Source: Nemertoderma westbladi
Lineage: Eukaryota > Animalia > Xenacoelomorpha
Direction of reading: 5' to 3'
DNA: 64,000 nt
Assembly (NCBI GenBank): GCA_032718475.1
Contig: JAUCBJ010006272.1
Location: forward strand, 46,711 to 110,710
Under the pieces are notes generated by a model, which ran no database searches, had not been told where the DNA came from, and saw only the letters and a list, made by a program, of their open reading frames with translations. The first letter of the stretch is position 1; every line of letters begins with the position of its first letter. The translations under genes and the position numbers were made by a program. Shown here piece by piece: positions 38,226-51,164 of this stretch.

Positions 38226-40209
38226 TGTCGTAAATGACTAACATGCCAACCCCCCCCCCCCAAATTTTATACACTCTTAATGAGATTGCATGAAATTTAA
38301 AACATAGAATTTTATAAATTTAGAATTAGAATTTTTAGAATTTTAATTTAAAATTGAGAATTTTTATTTTCGCTTTCAATCTTTAGCTACAAGTGTTTAA
38401 AAAAACTGTCTCCGTCGACATTGCACCTGTTAAACCAAGGCTATTCTATTACAATTGGTTACACAGTAGTTATTTTTCAACTTTAAACTAAGTTGTTGGT
38501 ACCATTGGAAAGCTGGCCGGGTCAGTGGGTAGGCCATGCCAGGTTTCCAAATATGTAACACAATCTGGATTTCGTTGAAAAATAGCTAAGATATGGGCGT
38601 TCGACACTTGCATGGTTTTCCATGGATTTCTAGAATATAATTTATACCAGGGCTAGAAATTATGTAGCTATTGGTAAAATAAAAATACTAGTTCAGACCT
38701 ACTTGTTAATTACTGCTAATAGTAATAGTGTACTGTACATAGCATGTTGGCTCGATTTTAGGGGTTATTATGATATTATTATAACATTTACTTGTCTTCA
38801 TAGGAAATATCAGCTTTTGTTCTAGAATAAGAGTAAGAATTTCTGGCCATGTTGTTCTAGCTAGTATTGTATTTATTGTGGTAGCTTATGATTATTTATT
38901 GCATTGCATTATTTCCACGTTATTTCTGTCTATTTCTATTTACTAGCTAATTTATTAGGCTTTTTATTTAATTAATAATATCTAGAACATAATCTACACT
39001 TATTTAGAATATATAAATGTTCATGAACATAATATTTAATGTTCTAGAATAGATTAAAAACTATACAAAGTTATTATTTGTTGATTTTCTTTTTAATGTT
39101 TGCGGATGTGGATGTTCGGTGTTGTTATACTACTGTATTATTTATGCGCCTTTACACATTTCGTGCTGATCAATATAATCAAATTACAGTGTTGATATAG
39201 TGAAGCTATGTGAAATTGTAGACAACAAACCATTATATAAGTACCACCAATAGAGTGTCACCCAAAATTAGATAATTTGACACACAAAAAATTATTTTGT
39301 TATATTATGTCAACTTAACAGCGTTCTGGTGAATTAATCGTAACGCTGCAAATTACTACTTTGCAGCGTTGCGGCCTATAGGACGGAACGCTGCAAAGTA
39401 ATCAATGACATGGAAACAACTTCAATTACCGTATTCCAGAATGTATTATTTCCATTTATGTTAATGAGTGCTTCTTTATTATCCAGTTTGCAGTGACGGG
39501 ACTAGCTACTGTATGAAAATAATAACGTTTAACGTGTTCTGTACCTATTCCATTATGTCGAAACGTCCAATTGAAGACACTAAAATGACCAAATAAAATA
39601 GCGTGATATATGCGATAGTGTTCAGTAAAACTGAACTGACACAGACGGACGGTGACTAAGTATGCTTCAGTCGACTATAGTCAAGATGGATTAACGATTT
39701 ATCAAACCCATGCAGGAGATAACTTCCAATAAACTTTAATTACTGTAGATTTATATGTATAATTAATACTGTGTACCTGTTAATAAATTTCACTTATATT
39801 CGATATAGAACATGACTAAAATGTATAATTACATTTATATGTATAATTAATACTATGTGTACCTGTTAATAAATTATATAATTACATTATATACAGAAAT
39901 ACACTTATATTCGATATAGTACATCCTTTCTTCACATACCGAATTTTGCTGCACAGGCTAACTGCATCGAAATCTTGTATACCACCGTGAACCTTGTTTA
40001 TATGTTGCCTAGCAGCAGTTGTGGTAGTGCTGAACTCTCATTGGTAACTACCGGTGCAGGTATTCTTGCGTCCTATTGGCTACGTTCTATTTTTGCAGTA
40101 TTACTTGTTTATATAGTCGATGTTCATCCCATTACTCTCAGGCGTAACCTAACAACATATTAGCCTGTTGCGAGTCATTGTACAGTAACTACAGGACTCG
40201 TAATATTTC

Positions 40210-40305
40210 ACCTTGCTGCATGCATTGTAGCTTGCTGCATGCATTTTAACATCTTGCTGCATGCATTGTAGCTTGCTGCATGCATTTTAATATCTTGCTG
40301 CATGC
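40210..40305. repeat. Short tandem repeat with a CTTGCTGCATGC core
   Basis: Five copies of CTTGCTGCATGC in alternating 19/22-bp units. Confidence 0.8.
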
Positions 40306-40676
40306 TTTACTATAATTGCTTTACTATTGTTGATGAATATACAAGACCAGAGATCAAACCAACTCGATTTCCACACGGTTAGTGCTGACTGCGCCCTGTC
40401 TGTAATAGATTCGGTTCATTTTAGTGCGAGTGTGTGCGTCCATAGTACTGCAATATTATTCCCCAACTGGTAACTAACATCTATTGACATTATGTATGAC
40501 TGTGACTATGTAAACTGTGCGCTTACCACGCACTAAGTCCAACATAGTGTCCTACCTGTAATATATGTAAGTCACACGTACATTTACTCGCCAACAACAC
40601 AATATAATGGAACAGTTTACACGTAACTATTACTTTCCTCCCTTGAAGCAGTTTATAAGCGCCGAAGCTATATACT

Positions 40677-41862
40677 TGTAAAGGCTTTTGCGGATCTAGC
40701 TAGTTATTTTCCCCGCAAAGTACTCTGTAGGTGTTTTAACGGACATAAAAAGCCGTTTCCTTACTGTACCGGTGTTTTAGTGGACATAAAAAGCCATTTC
40801 TTCTGTATGTGTACTTTAGCGGACATAACTAGCGATCTTATGCCGCAATAAGCCAAAATCCTCTTGATACAGTGTAGTTACCATGACGACATCTAACAGC
40901 TGATATGTCCACGTGTAACATTTCTTTGTTCTTTGTTCGTTCTTTGTTCGGTCGACCAATCAGAGCGTTTTTTGACTCTGTGTTGGAGATTGTATACAGA
41001 AGCTCATGCAATTCAGTCAGTATGTGTATTTTGTCCACAGCCAGAAGACCGGCTTTGGAATTACTGTGTTTCAGGCTTTAGCCAAACATTAGTAGGCTTT
41101 GGTCATAGAAACGTATAACTGTTATCACGCAAACTCACCTAATCACAAGTCAGTGTGTCAAATCATATTGTAAACTACAAACACCGCATTTTTACTGCTA
41201 TTTGCTGTCGGTTATTAATTATATCAGTTGATGGAATATTATTATATTGGATAATATCGATAAATAATTATAAAACCCCCAATCTTCTTGATATACTGAA
41301 GGTAAGAGACCGGTTACATACAACAATTGCGACTTACATTAAAGTGGTTTTGGAGTGAATCTAATGCTATTTAATAGGCACTACATGTGTCGGTTGCTGT
41401 TCTCTTTATATGTGACTAAAATTAGTGAAGGTCGGCAGATCGGTGTGCAGCATTGTGCGGTAGTGTGCATGATTGTGACTGATAACAAAGCATCTCCTAA
41501 AGAATGCGCTTTATACGTGAATCCATAGCCATCCCGTTGTGTCTAGTGTAAGTCATAACTCTGTTTACATATTTAGAGCGCCACGTCCTAAAGGAACTGT
41601 TAATATTTCCCGAAAGTGAATAATATTTGTCAGAAATTATATGTTAACGATCAGTCGAATAATACAGTAGGCCTACACCGCAATAAGGTCAAAGCTTCCG
41701 AATCCAGTCTCCCGGGTATATCCAGCGGGTGAATGGTCGCGCATAGACTGGCTTCGGCTAATGTAGTGTATCAAAAACTCGTCATAGGCTAAAGTCGATT
41801 TATAACCTAGAAGACACCTAAATTTGGCAGGTTAAACTGCTAAAGGTCTGAAAGCGCGAACA
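40677..41862 (+). mobile_element. Solo LTR related to the BEL/Pao LTRs
   Basis: TGTAAAGGCTTTTGCGGA...AAAGCGCGAACA is a diverged reverse complement of the 4292-5417 LTR, with a 5-bp TSD ATACT (40672-40676, 41863-41867). Confidence 0.92.
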
Positions 41863-42874
41863 ATACTTATAGTGATTGATTGTACATTCAGGTCAGATAT
41901 ATATATTAAATAATATATATATTTCAATTTTCAATTTCAATTTCAATTTCAAGTTTATTCATCGGGCAGAGCCCATAAAACATACTGTACAGATTATTTC
42001 TACCAAATTTAACAGCATAGCACAATTAATACCTGAATGCACAAGGATACATTGAATACTATATAGAATACTAAATTAAATCGATATCCAAGGTACCGCA
42101 TTTTCAATTTGAAAGCACAATATTATACAAAAAAAAACAAAAAAAAGATACACTCAGGCACTGCCCAACCAATACCGAAAGAATAGCAATTCCCATTACT
42201 GAATTAAAAATATTAAAATTGAGTACCGGTCGCTCAGGTGTGATGTATTCAAAAAAAAATAATAAGATATACATTGAATTAATTCATATTATATAGTATT
42301 TGCAAGGATTTGAAATATGAGAAGGTCACGATAATGTGGGGGCAAGCCATGAAGTGGGGGGTGAGCTTTACAGAAGCAGCACATCCCATCGATCAGTGAG
42401 ATATGAGTAACCTAAGTTTGCACAAGCTACAAGGATTGGATTGCAGGAAATTGCGACGCGATTACGCAACGAGAATGCCAGTACCCGGCTGACAGCCCTA
42501 TATACACACATACTTTCGTGAGTGTTCCTGCTGTGCGGCAGGTACCCCAAGGCACTTGATAACACACATAAGCGCTACAGAAAGACTCGTAGCGGCATCT
42601 GTAGGTTAGCCTCCCGTAAAAGCCTTGACACCGAACGCTATAAGTTGACATAATGTAACAAAATTACATACACCATTGCTTGCATAGGTCACTTTTCAGC
42701 GTTAAAGACCCTTGTTTATTTATGTAAACCTCCTTCGCTGCGGTCGCTCGGTACATAAATAAACTCGGGTCATAACGCTGCAAAGTGCTACTTTGCACAC
42801 AATGATGTAAATAGTTATAGTACCAAATATGTTTTTATGTAGCACCAATTTGCATCCCCAATTTTGAATATCTC

Positions 42875-43125
42875 TCTCACCAAAAACAAGTATTCGTCCC
42901 CCAAAAACAATAATTCATCTCTAAAAACAAGAACCCATCCACCAAAAATAATCCCCCCCATAAAAAAAACAATTATTTATCCCCAAAAAACAATTATTTA
43001 TCCCCAAAAAACAATTATTCATTCCCCCAAAAACAATTATTCATACCCCAAAAACAATTATTCATCCCCCAAAAACAAATATTCAATATCCCTAAAATAA
43101 TTACTTGTCAACCAAAAACAATTCT
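42875..43125. repeat. Degenerate ~22-bp tandem repeat
   Basis: CCCCAAAAACAATTATTCAT-like units. Confidence 0.75.
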
Positions 43126-43639
43126 TCCAGCACCAAATATTTTAATATTTTAATTTTTTATTTTGGTTAAAAAAAATATATATATTTTAAGGAAAATGTA
43201 TTTGTAATTTTTTAAATAATAATATATTATATTACAGTAATAAAAATTAATTTGATAAAATTTAATGTTAAAAAAAATAATTGTTTTTGATGTTTGAATA
43301 ATTTTATTTGGGATGAGTTTATTTTATTTGGTATTGAATAATGTTTTGGTGTAACAATATTTAAATTAGTGTTAATTTGGTGAAATTCTCATCAATTTTG
43401 GATAGCCATAATTTATGAATGAATTATCCATATTATGCTAGGGTGAATAGGTGTGTCTTTAGCTTCGGTTTAAAAAGTTCCAGGTTGTCGAGGATCCTTA
43501 TTCGTTCCATAACCGTGGTGCTGAATTAATAAATGCTCGCCCTTCTAAGGTGATGCAGTTATAACGAGGTATGACTAATTTCCTTGTCTCACTACTACGC
43601 ATTGAATACCTCGAATTCGACTGCAGTTCTATCATGTTA

Positions 43640-44213
43640 CACTACTACTAGGATCGGCATGCTGCATTGCAGCTGCATTTTTAAGAATGCTGTGCCGGCT
43701 TATCGACAAAATTGCACCGCCACAACTCCCTATCACCCATGACATTTGCTAGATTATCCGCATCTTCAAGACCAGTGTCCTTTAAGAGGCGTCTCAAGAA
43801 AGTCATGGGCTGTCCACCATGCTTATTCACTCCATGAGGCTGCCAAAGTACAAGATTATGGACTGGCTGGTCCTCACGGCGAAAGCAATGTCCTGCAAAG
43901 CGGAGGCGATTTTGTTCTAGTGTCAAGCTTGGGGGAACCAATGAGACACCTCCAATGTCATATAGTGTCTGGTTGGAGATGTGTGCATTGTACTTGATAC
44001 AATGAACACGGCGTAGCATTCTTGTGAATGTGCCATCCAGAGATTTGGTGTCCTCAGCAGTTAGAGCCCAGCATGGGCTCCTATAGAGGAGTACTGGAAC
44101 TACTGCTGCTCTAAATAATCGGACCTTAAGTTTCCGATTAATTCTCGGGGACTTCCAAATCCTGGAAAGCCTATTTATTCAAGGCTGCCCATGCCTTTCC
44201 CTTACGTATTCGA
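43640..44213 (-). mobile_element. RTE-like LINE 3' fragment
   Basis: Reverse complement of ~34835-35400, including RLRFAGHCFRRED and the (TAG)n tail. Confidence 0.9.
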
Positions 44214-44715
44214 TCATGTTCCAGATATACGCAGGAGCCTCACCATGTAAAGATTTGTATGTCATTAGAACTATTTTATATATAATACGCTGCTTTACTG
44301 GAAGCCAGTGAAGATCCTTCAGTGTCAAAGATATGTGGTCGTACTTCCGTACACAACGCATAAAACGTATAAAACGCATAATACGTTGCAGCTTTGTTAA
44401 CTGCTAATCTGGGAGTCCATGATAAACGAGTTGCAGTAATATTGAGCACCTAGATCTCGCAACGCATCCGATATTATGCCCCCCTACTTCCATGTGAGTT
44501 TACTTTATCCAGCTGTTGCTTCGTACCTAGAGAATGATGTATTCGGTTTTATCGTCGTTAATCTTAAGTTTATTGACTTGCAGCCAACTACGTATTTCTC
44601 TAATACAGTTATCGAAAGATTGAAATGCATACTTTTCATCTGCAGCCGCGGGCTGAAATGCTGTATATATTTGATTAACATCTGCGAAACCATGTGCCTT
44701 TACCGTCATATGTTG
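44214..44715 (-). mobile_element. CR1/L2-group LINE RT relic
   Basis: FADVNQIY, CIREIRSWLQVNKLKINDDKTEYII and HISLTLKDLHWLPVKQRIIYKI are motifs typical of L2/CR1-group ORF2. Confidence 0.75.
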
Positions 44716-45890
44716 GCTAATTATATATAATTAAATTGAGTACAATGTAGGCCTACTCGAGTACGGATTAACCCTTTCCGTACCAAAGATAAATTACATA
44801 AATTTTTCCTCCCGAGGCCCAAGAAAAATATATTTGATCGGACCAAAGTTTATTTTATTGTCGCACCAGATATTTTGCTACAAAGATATGATCAATACAA
44901 TAATACTTATATCCTACCCTCAAAAGCGGCACATTACCGTCTTTAATCATTTTCGAAATTTTTAATCCTTTAACTTTGAATCCCATGGGTGGCACACTGC
45001 CGCTTTAATCATTTGTATCATAATTAATGGCTAAATTGAAATAAAATTTCAAAAATTATGTAATGTAAAGTACCCTCAAACTAAAGCAATCCCTTTAAGC
45101 AATAGTAAATTAACTTTTCTATACCAGTTTTTCCTGCCCAAGTCGGATATGAACTCCATTTTTCCGTCTCAATAATTGTAAGAAAGTCATAAGAAGTTTT
45201 AAATAAAGGCGGCACCTTGGCGCCCTGGGGGTCAGGATAAAATATATACAGGCGGCACACTGCCGCCTTAATGAACATGGTCCTGAAATATTTAGAAATT
45301 AAAGGCGGCAGCTAAGGTAATATTTTATATATGTTTATAATTAATTTCATTACTATTTACTGTATACCACGATGTATCAATTTAAAGGAAAAAAGCACAA
45401 TTCGGGAATAACGTTATAAGCCATATTATATTGAATTTAATCTTTTCAGCACATTTTCAACCTTCAGTATGCCAATCATCCTTGGCATATTGTCTTCGTT
45501 CTACTGTACTGTATACAATAGATATATTATCTAGAAAGGGTAGATTTTGCAGCGCATTATGGATTTGCCATTAAAATTTTAGTCACATTAAATATAAAAT
45601 TAGAACAACGATTGTATATTTTTTTTCTCAATAAATATTTCCGATGTCAATAATAAATTCATACATAAATGCAATACGTATATTTTAAGTACCGGTATAA
45701 TTATACAAATTGCGAATTTAGCCAATCCAGCCCCCCGATATTTCGATTACATTTAAAATAGGTTGAGTTTATCACATTTTTTTGATAAATTTTGAAAATT
45801 CTTTCAAAACAAGAATTTAAAATCTTTAAGAACAAATATTTAAAAGGTTTGAGAATAAATGTTAGGGATCAGAATAAATCTGAAGAAAGT

Positions 45891-46145
45891 TTATGTGAAT
45901 ATCCGGCTAAACAAGGTTTTCTTGTGACTTTTCCGTTGACGAGTTGACAACGGTCGTAACCTTGGTAGCCGCTCCTTCTTGATTACCAACGCGGATTCGG
46001 AATGGGTTTCACCATTCATGTTGGACGTGGATGGTGAAATCGAACGAGTTCGCTGCATCAAAGGAAACGAATTGTTGGACTCCAGGGGACTTCTAGACCC
46101 AATCACCGGTTTGGGATTAGTAGCACTGCGGGCTCTTCCAAATAC
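45891..46145 (-). CDS. GTPase terminal coding exon
   Basis: Acceptor tgcag (phase 0), VFGRARSATNP...RKSHKKTLFSRIFT*. Basic tail, no CAAX. Confidence 0.6.
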   Translation of the reverse strand, partial: VFGRARSATNPKPVIGSRSPLESNNSFPLMQRTRSISPSTSNMNGETHSESALVIKKERLPRLRPLSTRQRKSHKKTLFSRIFT

Positions 46146-48440
46146 CTGCACGGTTAAACATAACGGTTCAAATATATTTGCACAAATTGTTTTAACGTCG
46201 CGATAAATAATGCCCGATAACCCAATATTATTTCCACTTATTGTCTTTTATAAAGTAAATAATATTGTTGCGAGTAATCCCACATGTAAAATATTTAAAT
46301 ACATTTTCTTATGGTAATTAGCATTTAGCCTTTAGGTAAATAAACTCTGATTAAATGATTGACAAAGTCTGGATTACTGTTATAAACCAGCCCCACCCTG
46401 CAGGTACGATCACTGTTTAAATAACTGTTCAGCTTCCGCATGATATTTTTCGATGGCTGCCGGCTGGTATAGTGAAATGAAACGACATGGTCAACCATTA
46501 AGATTCTTGAAGTTATTGTTATAATCAATAGACTTGATAATGCTAGCAGTTGACTAAATTCTGTCATATCAGGAAAAAAATATTGTAAAAAACTCCTTAT
46601 TCGTATTCCTATTCGTATTCTTATAAGCATTCCATAAAATATATTTTTGACAAAGTATGGTAACCGCTATTTTGTTAAAATACCATTTCATCAAACTATC
46701 GTACAGTATCTCCGACATGCTTATGTAAAATTTGTTTTTGACACCATTGACATGATTTTTGGTTAAATGCTGACTATATAAATGCAAATAGAATGACAAG
46801 TAGTTTCAAACTGCGCTGAAATATAACACAATGATTTTTACGACTATTTTACGACTATTAAACAAAAACTTCTGCATAATTACAAATCTAGTTTTGCTGA
46901 TTTCACATAATCTCAAAAATTGACTTACTATAGTTTGACTTTTTGGCGACGATATGCTGATACGTAGGACTACAGGCTAGGATGTACCTAATTCTCAACC
47001 GAAACTTTAAAATCCGACTTTGGTATAATGTATACAGTGAACCGTATTACCTGAATTGAATAGGAGGCAACCATTTTAAAGGACTAGCTAGTGCTTATAA
47101 AATGAGAAATCGTATGTATATGTAAATGTATATGTAAATGTATATTTTCTCCTAATAGTACCAGGATATGGAATTCCGGGCACACCAGATTGGCTATGTA
47201 TGTATTACAACTTTATAAATAACAGTTACTTGGCCTACTCCTCAAATAATCCTACACAAATAATGCATTCTGATTTATTTCCATATATGATATAGTGTAA
47301 ATGATTGGTGTTATGGCTATAATTCGGTCAGTGATAAACTTTTAGTTTTTGTCACAATTTGTTGACAAGTAAGTCACATCTGGTTTCTATTAAAATATGT
47401 AATGTGTGTATCGGAATCATGAATATCTTGCTTCATTGATCTGAAGGCCAAACTCCCTAGGATTATCTGGGCCGCAATGAATAATCTTTTACTAGCCTAA
47501 CCAGAGATCACCTGATTCTTGGTGCACCTATTCTATAAATACTGAGGAACTGAAATAATTGTAGATTCTAACAAGTAACATAGTGCCAACCCATATTTTA
47601 CCTCATCTTCTCCCCTCTCCGTAAAGAGACAAGAGTTAAAATTTCATCCACGCCATATGAATAAGCGATCCATGTGAAGACCAAGGGTCACTTTTAAATC
47701 TCTCTTTTTTTAGTCTCTTTTTTCAAGGGCGGATCCTCTTTTAATTGATTCACCGGCGCAATGAGCTCCGTTCGGAAAGGGCCCCAGACATGATTCAGTG
47801 GAATCCATCACCATCGGGAAGTGGCCATACAATATGGTCAGGTCATGGCTGCAATTATCGCATTGCGGATTAATTCTGCTACTAGGGATCGTGGATCCCG
47901 AAGTCCGATATAGACCTTTGTAGGGGAAGGTATGGGCAGCATTGAATAGTTAAGGAAGTAGAAGTCACATCGCATACATTGGAAACGTAAAGGTTGTTAG
48001 AGCAGCTAGTCACCAAATCTGTGGATGGATTACGGATTGCACAAGAATGGCACGCCAGATGTCAAGTACAATGAATACATAACTTGACAAATCAAGTTTC
48101 TCAGCCATTGCAGGAGATTGCTTTCGCCGTGAATATCAGCCAAAGAAGACGATTTCGTGCTTTGGAAGAATCAATTTTGCAGGATGCAAAAGTTATTACT
48201 TCATATTCTTGAAACAAAGGCACAATAAACTCTTTTGGGTGGAAATATTGAAAAAATTGGAGACATGAAAAACATCGCGAGTAAAAATAGCGCGTGTTAA
48301 AAATATTGATAATATCGCGAGTTCAAAAAATATCAGGTATAATTTTTTTACAGCTCAGGAGTACACACACAACAAAATTAAAAACGTAAGTAGTTTCCGT
48401 GTCCTGTGCTGCTTACTGAACTATACCTACTGATACTTAC

Positions 48441-48601
48441 TGATCTAGATCTGCCTTTAATTATTAGTTTTTGCTGGGTGTTCAGGTTTGTCGGAGATAT
48501 TTTACAGGGAGATCTGCAGGCAAACGAATCATTTGATGCATCTGATTCCGATTCCGACCAGGTAGAGCCTGGACAACGGGGCAGAGTTGGTTGCGGCTTT
48601 G
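48441..48601 (-). CDS. GTPase C-terminal extension exon (Ser-rich)
   Basis: Acceptor tttcag (phase 1), AKPQPTLPRC...KGRSRS, donor TCA|GTAAGT (phase 0). Supported by phase compatibility only. Confidence 0.6.
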
Positions 48602-49414
48602 CTGAAATAATATATATGAAAATTGTTATCGGCATAAAAATACAGAGTAGTTTAATTTGGTTTACTTTCAGTTCTAGTTTAATGTAATCAAAGTTTCTGA
48701 AGTGAAAATAGATTTCAATAGATTTCTTTGTAACTTTCAAACGTTCTCATTTATGTCAAAATTCACCAATCTGTGAATTATCATCCCAGCATTACGGATT
48801 CTATCAGATAGATCTATTGGAGATAAAAATGGTTGTTCATACGTTACCTGAGTTTTTGTCCATAAGCTGTGAGTTTTGTTCTATACAACTAACTGTAATA
48901 TGTGATTAATTTGTTTACTACTGTCCACAAACTATACTACAAACAGAATAATGCGTTAGTATGGAACATGAGACGATTAAATGTAGAAAGCAACAACTCT
49001 CTTCCTGTGCCACGCAAAAATGCGAGGAGCATATTAGATAGAAGGCATTAATTATCAGATGATGAACGACCGCACCCACATTTACTAGGATTCATAGAAA
49101 AGTTATACAAAAAACAGAGAAGTTTCAGTTTATATAACGAACCATAACAACATTTCTTCTTCCTTCATGAGCTACCCTATAAAATCTACATCGTTGCTTG
49201 ATAGCAGATCGCGAGTGTGGGGGAATACTCAGGAGGTTCAGAAAATCTTCAAGAGCCATATTGTAGAGACACTTTGTAGGACTATAGAGCAACTTAAAAC
49301 TCGGGAACTCGGGATTAAGTTTCCAATCCCAGATTAATGTACCACCACAATAATTGTTTGATTTAAGTCGGATTTAATTACAGCTGTCCAAAGTTGCGAA
49401 TTTGGGACGAATTT

Positions 49415-50020
49415 GTTAACTCCAAGAAGACCAAACTTTTGATAGTTAACTTTGAAAGTCCTCAAGAAAATGTCTGGTCTTAAGAGCATAAGCCAAAAGG
49501 ATGGTATGCTTGAGCGTTTGGACGACTTTGTTACCTGGGATCATGGATCAGGAAGTCAGGTGAGGACATTAGAATACGTAAATTTAATGGATGGATTGGC
49601 AGCATTGAATGGGCTTTCCAGGATTTGGAAGTCACACAGAATTCATCGGAAACGTAAGGTCCGTGTCGGACTGTGTCAAGTATGATGCACAGGCACACTT
49701 CTCCAACCAGACACTATAAAACATTGGAGATGTCTCGTTGGTTCCCCCAAGCTTGACACTAGAACAAAATCGCCTCCGCTTTGCAGGACATTGCTTTCGC
49801 CGTGAGGACCAGCCAGTGCATAATCTTGTACTTTGGCAGCCTCATGGAGTGAATAAGCATGGGGGACAGCCCATAACTTTCTTGAGACGCATCTTAAAGA
49901 ACACTGGCCTTGAAGATGCGGATAGTCTCGCAAAAGTCATGGGGGATAGGTAAGTTGTTGATGTTGGTTTGTTGATAAGCCGGCATAGCATCTCAATGTG
50001 CAGTTTCAATGCAGCAGGCC
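49415..50020 (+). mobile_element. Degenerate RTE-like LINE 3' fragment
   Basis: Homologous to 34680-35385 with an internal deletion. More diverged relics occur at ~32780-33310 and ~47880-48140. Confidence 0.85.
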
Positions 50021-50266
50021 GATTATTGGAGTAGTAGGAGTACACATTCAGGTCACCAGCAATGAATCACCACCAAATCTTCTTTTTTTGGTGGCCTGTA
50101 CTGTATATGTAAACCAAACTAACTTGTATGGGTTACGTGAATTGGGAGTAACGAAATTGCGATAACTATGGAGAATCGGGAATCCTGGCTGGAACTCATT
50201 TCCACCGTCCGTGCTCGTTCGACCTACTTTTAGTAGCAATATGCATGTAACCAACACTAAACGAAC

Positions 50267-50439
50267 CTGATGCGCAATTCACTTGTCCACACATGTCCAC
50301 TTCTAAATTTCTCACCATAATGATAATATCGTGGAAAATTTTATCGATTTTCTCAAAGTCAGGGGAAGCGGCTGAAACTTCCCAATAGCGCGAGTCGTAC
50401 TGCCCAGCTAGTCCGACGGCTTTGCGATGGGGAATTTTT
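50267..50439 (-). CDS. RERG/RASL-like small GTPase, exon (G5)
   Basis: The phase-2 join gives RKIPHRKAVGLAGQYDSRYWEVSAASPDFEKIDKIFHDII. Donor G|GTTCGT (phase 1) matches the next exon. Confidence 0.8.
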
Positions 50440-51164
50440 CTAAAATAATAAATTTGAATTTAATCAAATTATTCTATAAGCTACATCTGATTTATTGGAA
50501 TATATATGAAAGGTCATAGCGACAGATAAATATATATATATATCTATATATATTATTAAAGAAGAGTTGAACACCCAGAATATAAGTACGATAATCTAAA
50601 AGCATGAATTCCTATCAAGTTGCAGGAGAGGTAATCAACACTTGATCAATTTTTTTTTAAAGTTTCAAGCCAATTATCAAGTTTCCTCCCCAGCCTCTCC
50701 AGCTCCCCTGCCATAGCACAAATATCACCAAACACTCTACTATGGTATTGGTTGGAAAATCCCATTAGAAGCGCCTGCAGGGTGGTGCTTTGTTTTTGCA
50801 ATTTTTTGTCACTTCCGCGATTTTAGTATGACTCGTTGTTAAGGGGGTTAAAATTCGCACGCAGTTTCCTTGATTTCATTCTATTTACAATTTTTTCAAA
50901 CAAAAATTGAAAAAACATGTATATTTCTTTTTTTTTTAATTTTTTTTTTAGAAATTTGCCTAATATCAGAAACTGAAAATGAAAGTAGAAAAAGTGGCCG
51001 CAAATGTGATGAAAACGATGAACATTCTGGTTCCAATAAATGTCATATCGAAAAATAGAAATGGAATAATAAGGAAAGATGGGCCTAGTGCTTTTAGTGA
51101 AGTTTTAAAATATCAGGCATGCCGCTAGGAGGCTTCAAAATTTGTTACAATTTTTGTTTAATTC

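Noticed and set aside
44768-45315. piggyBac-like end (TTAA-CCCTTT) with GGCGGCACACTGCCGCC internal palindromes
   Set aside because: No matching opposite TIR with TTAA was found, so boundaries cannot be supported.
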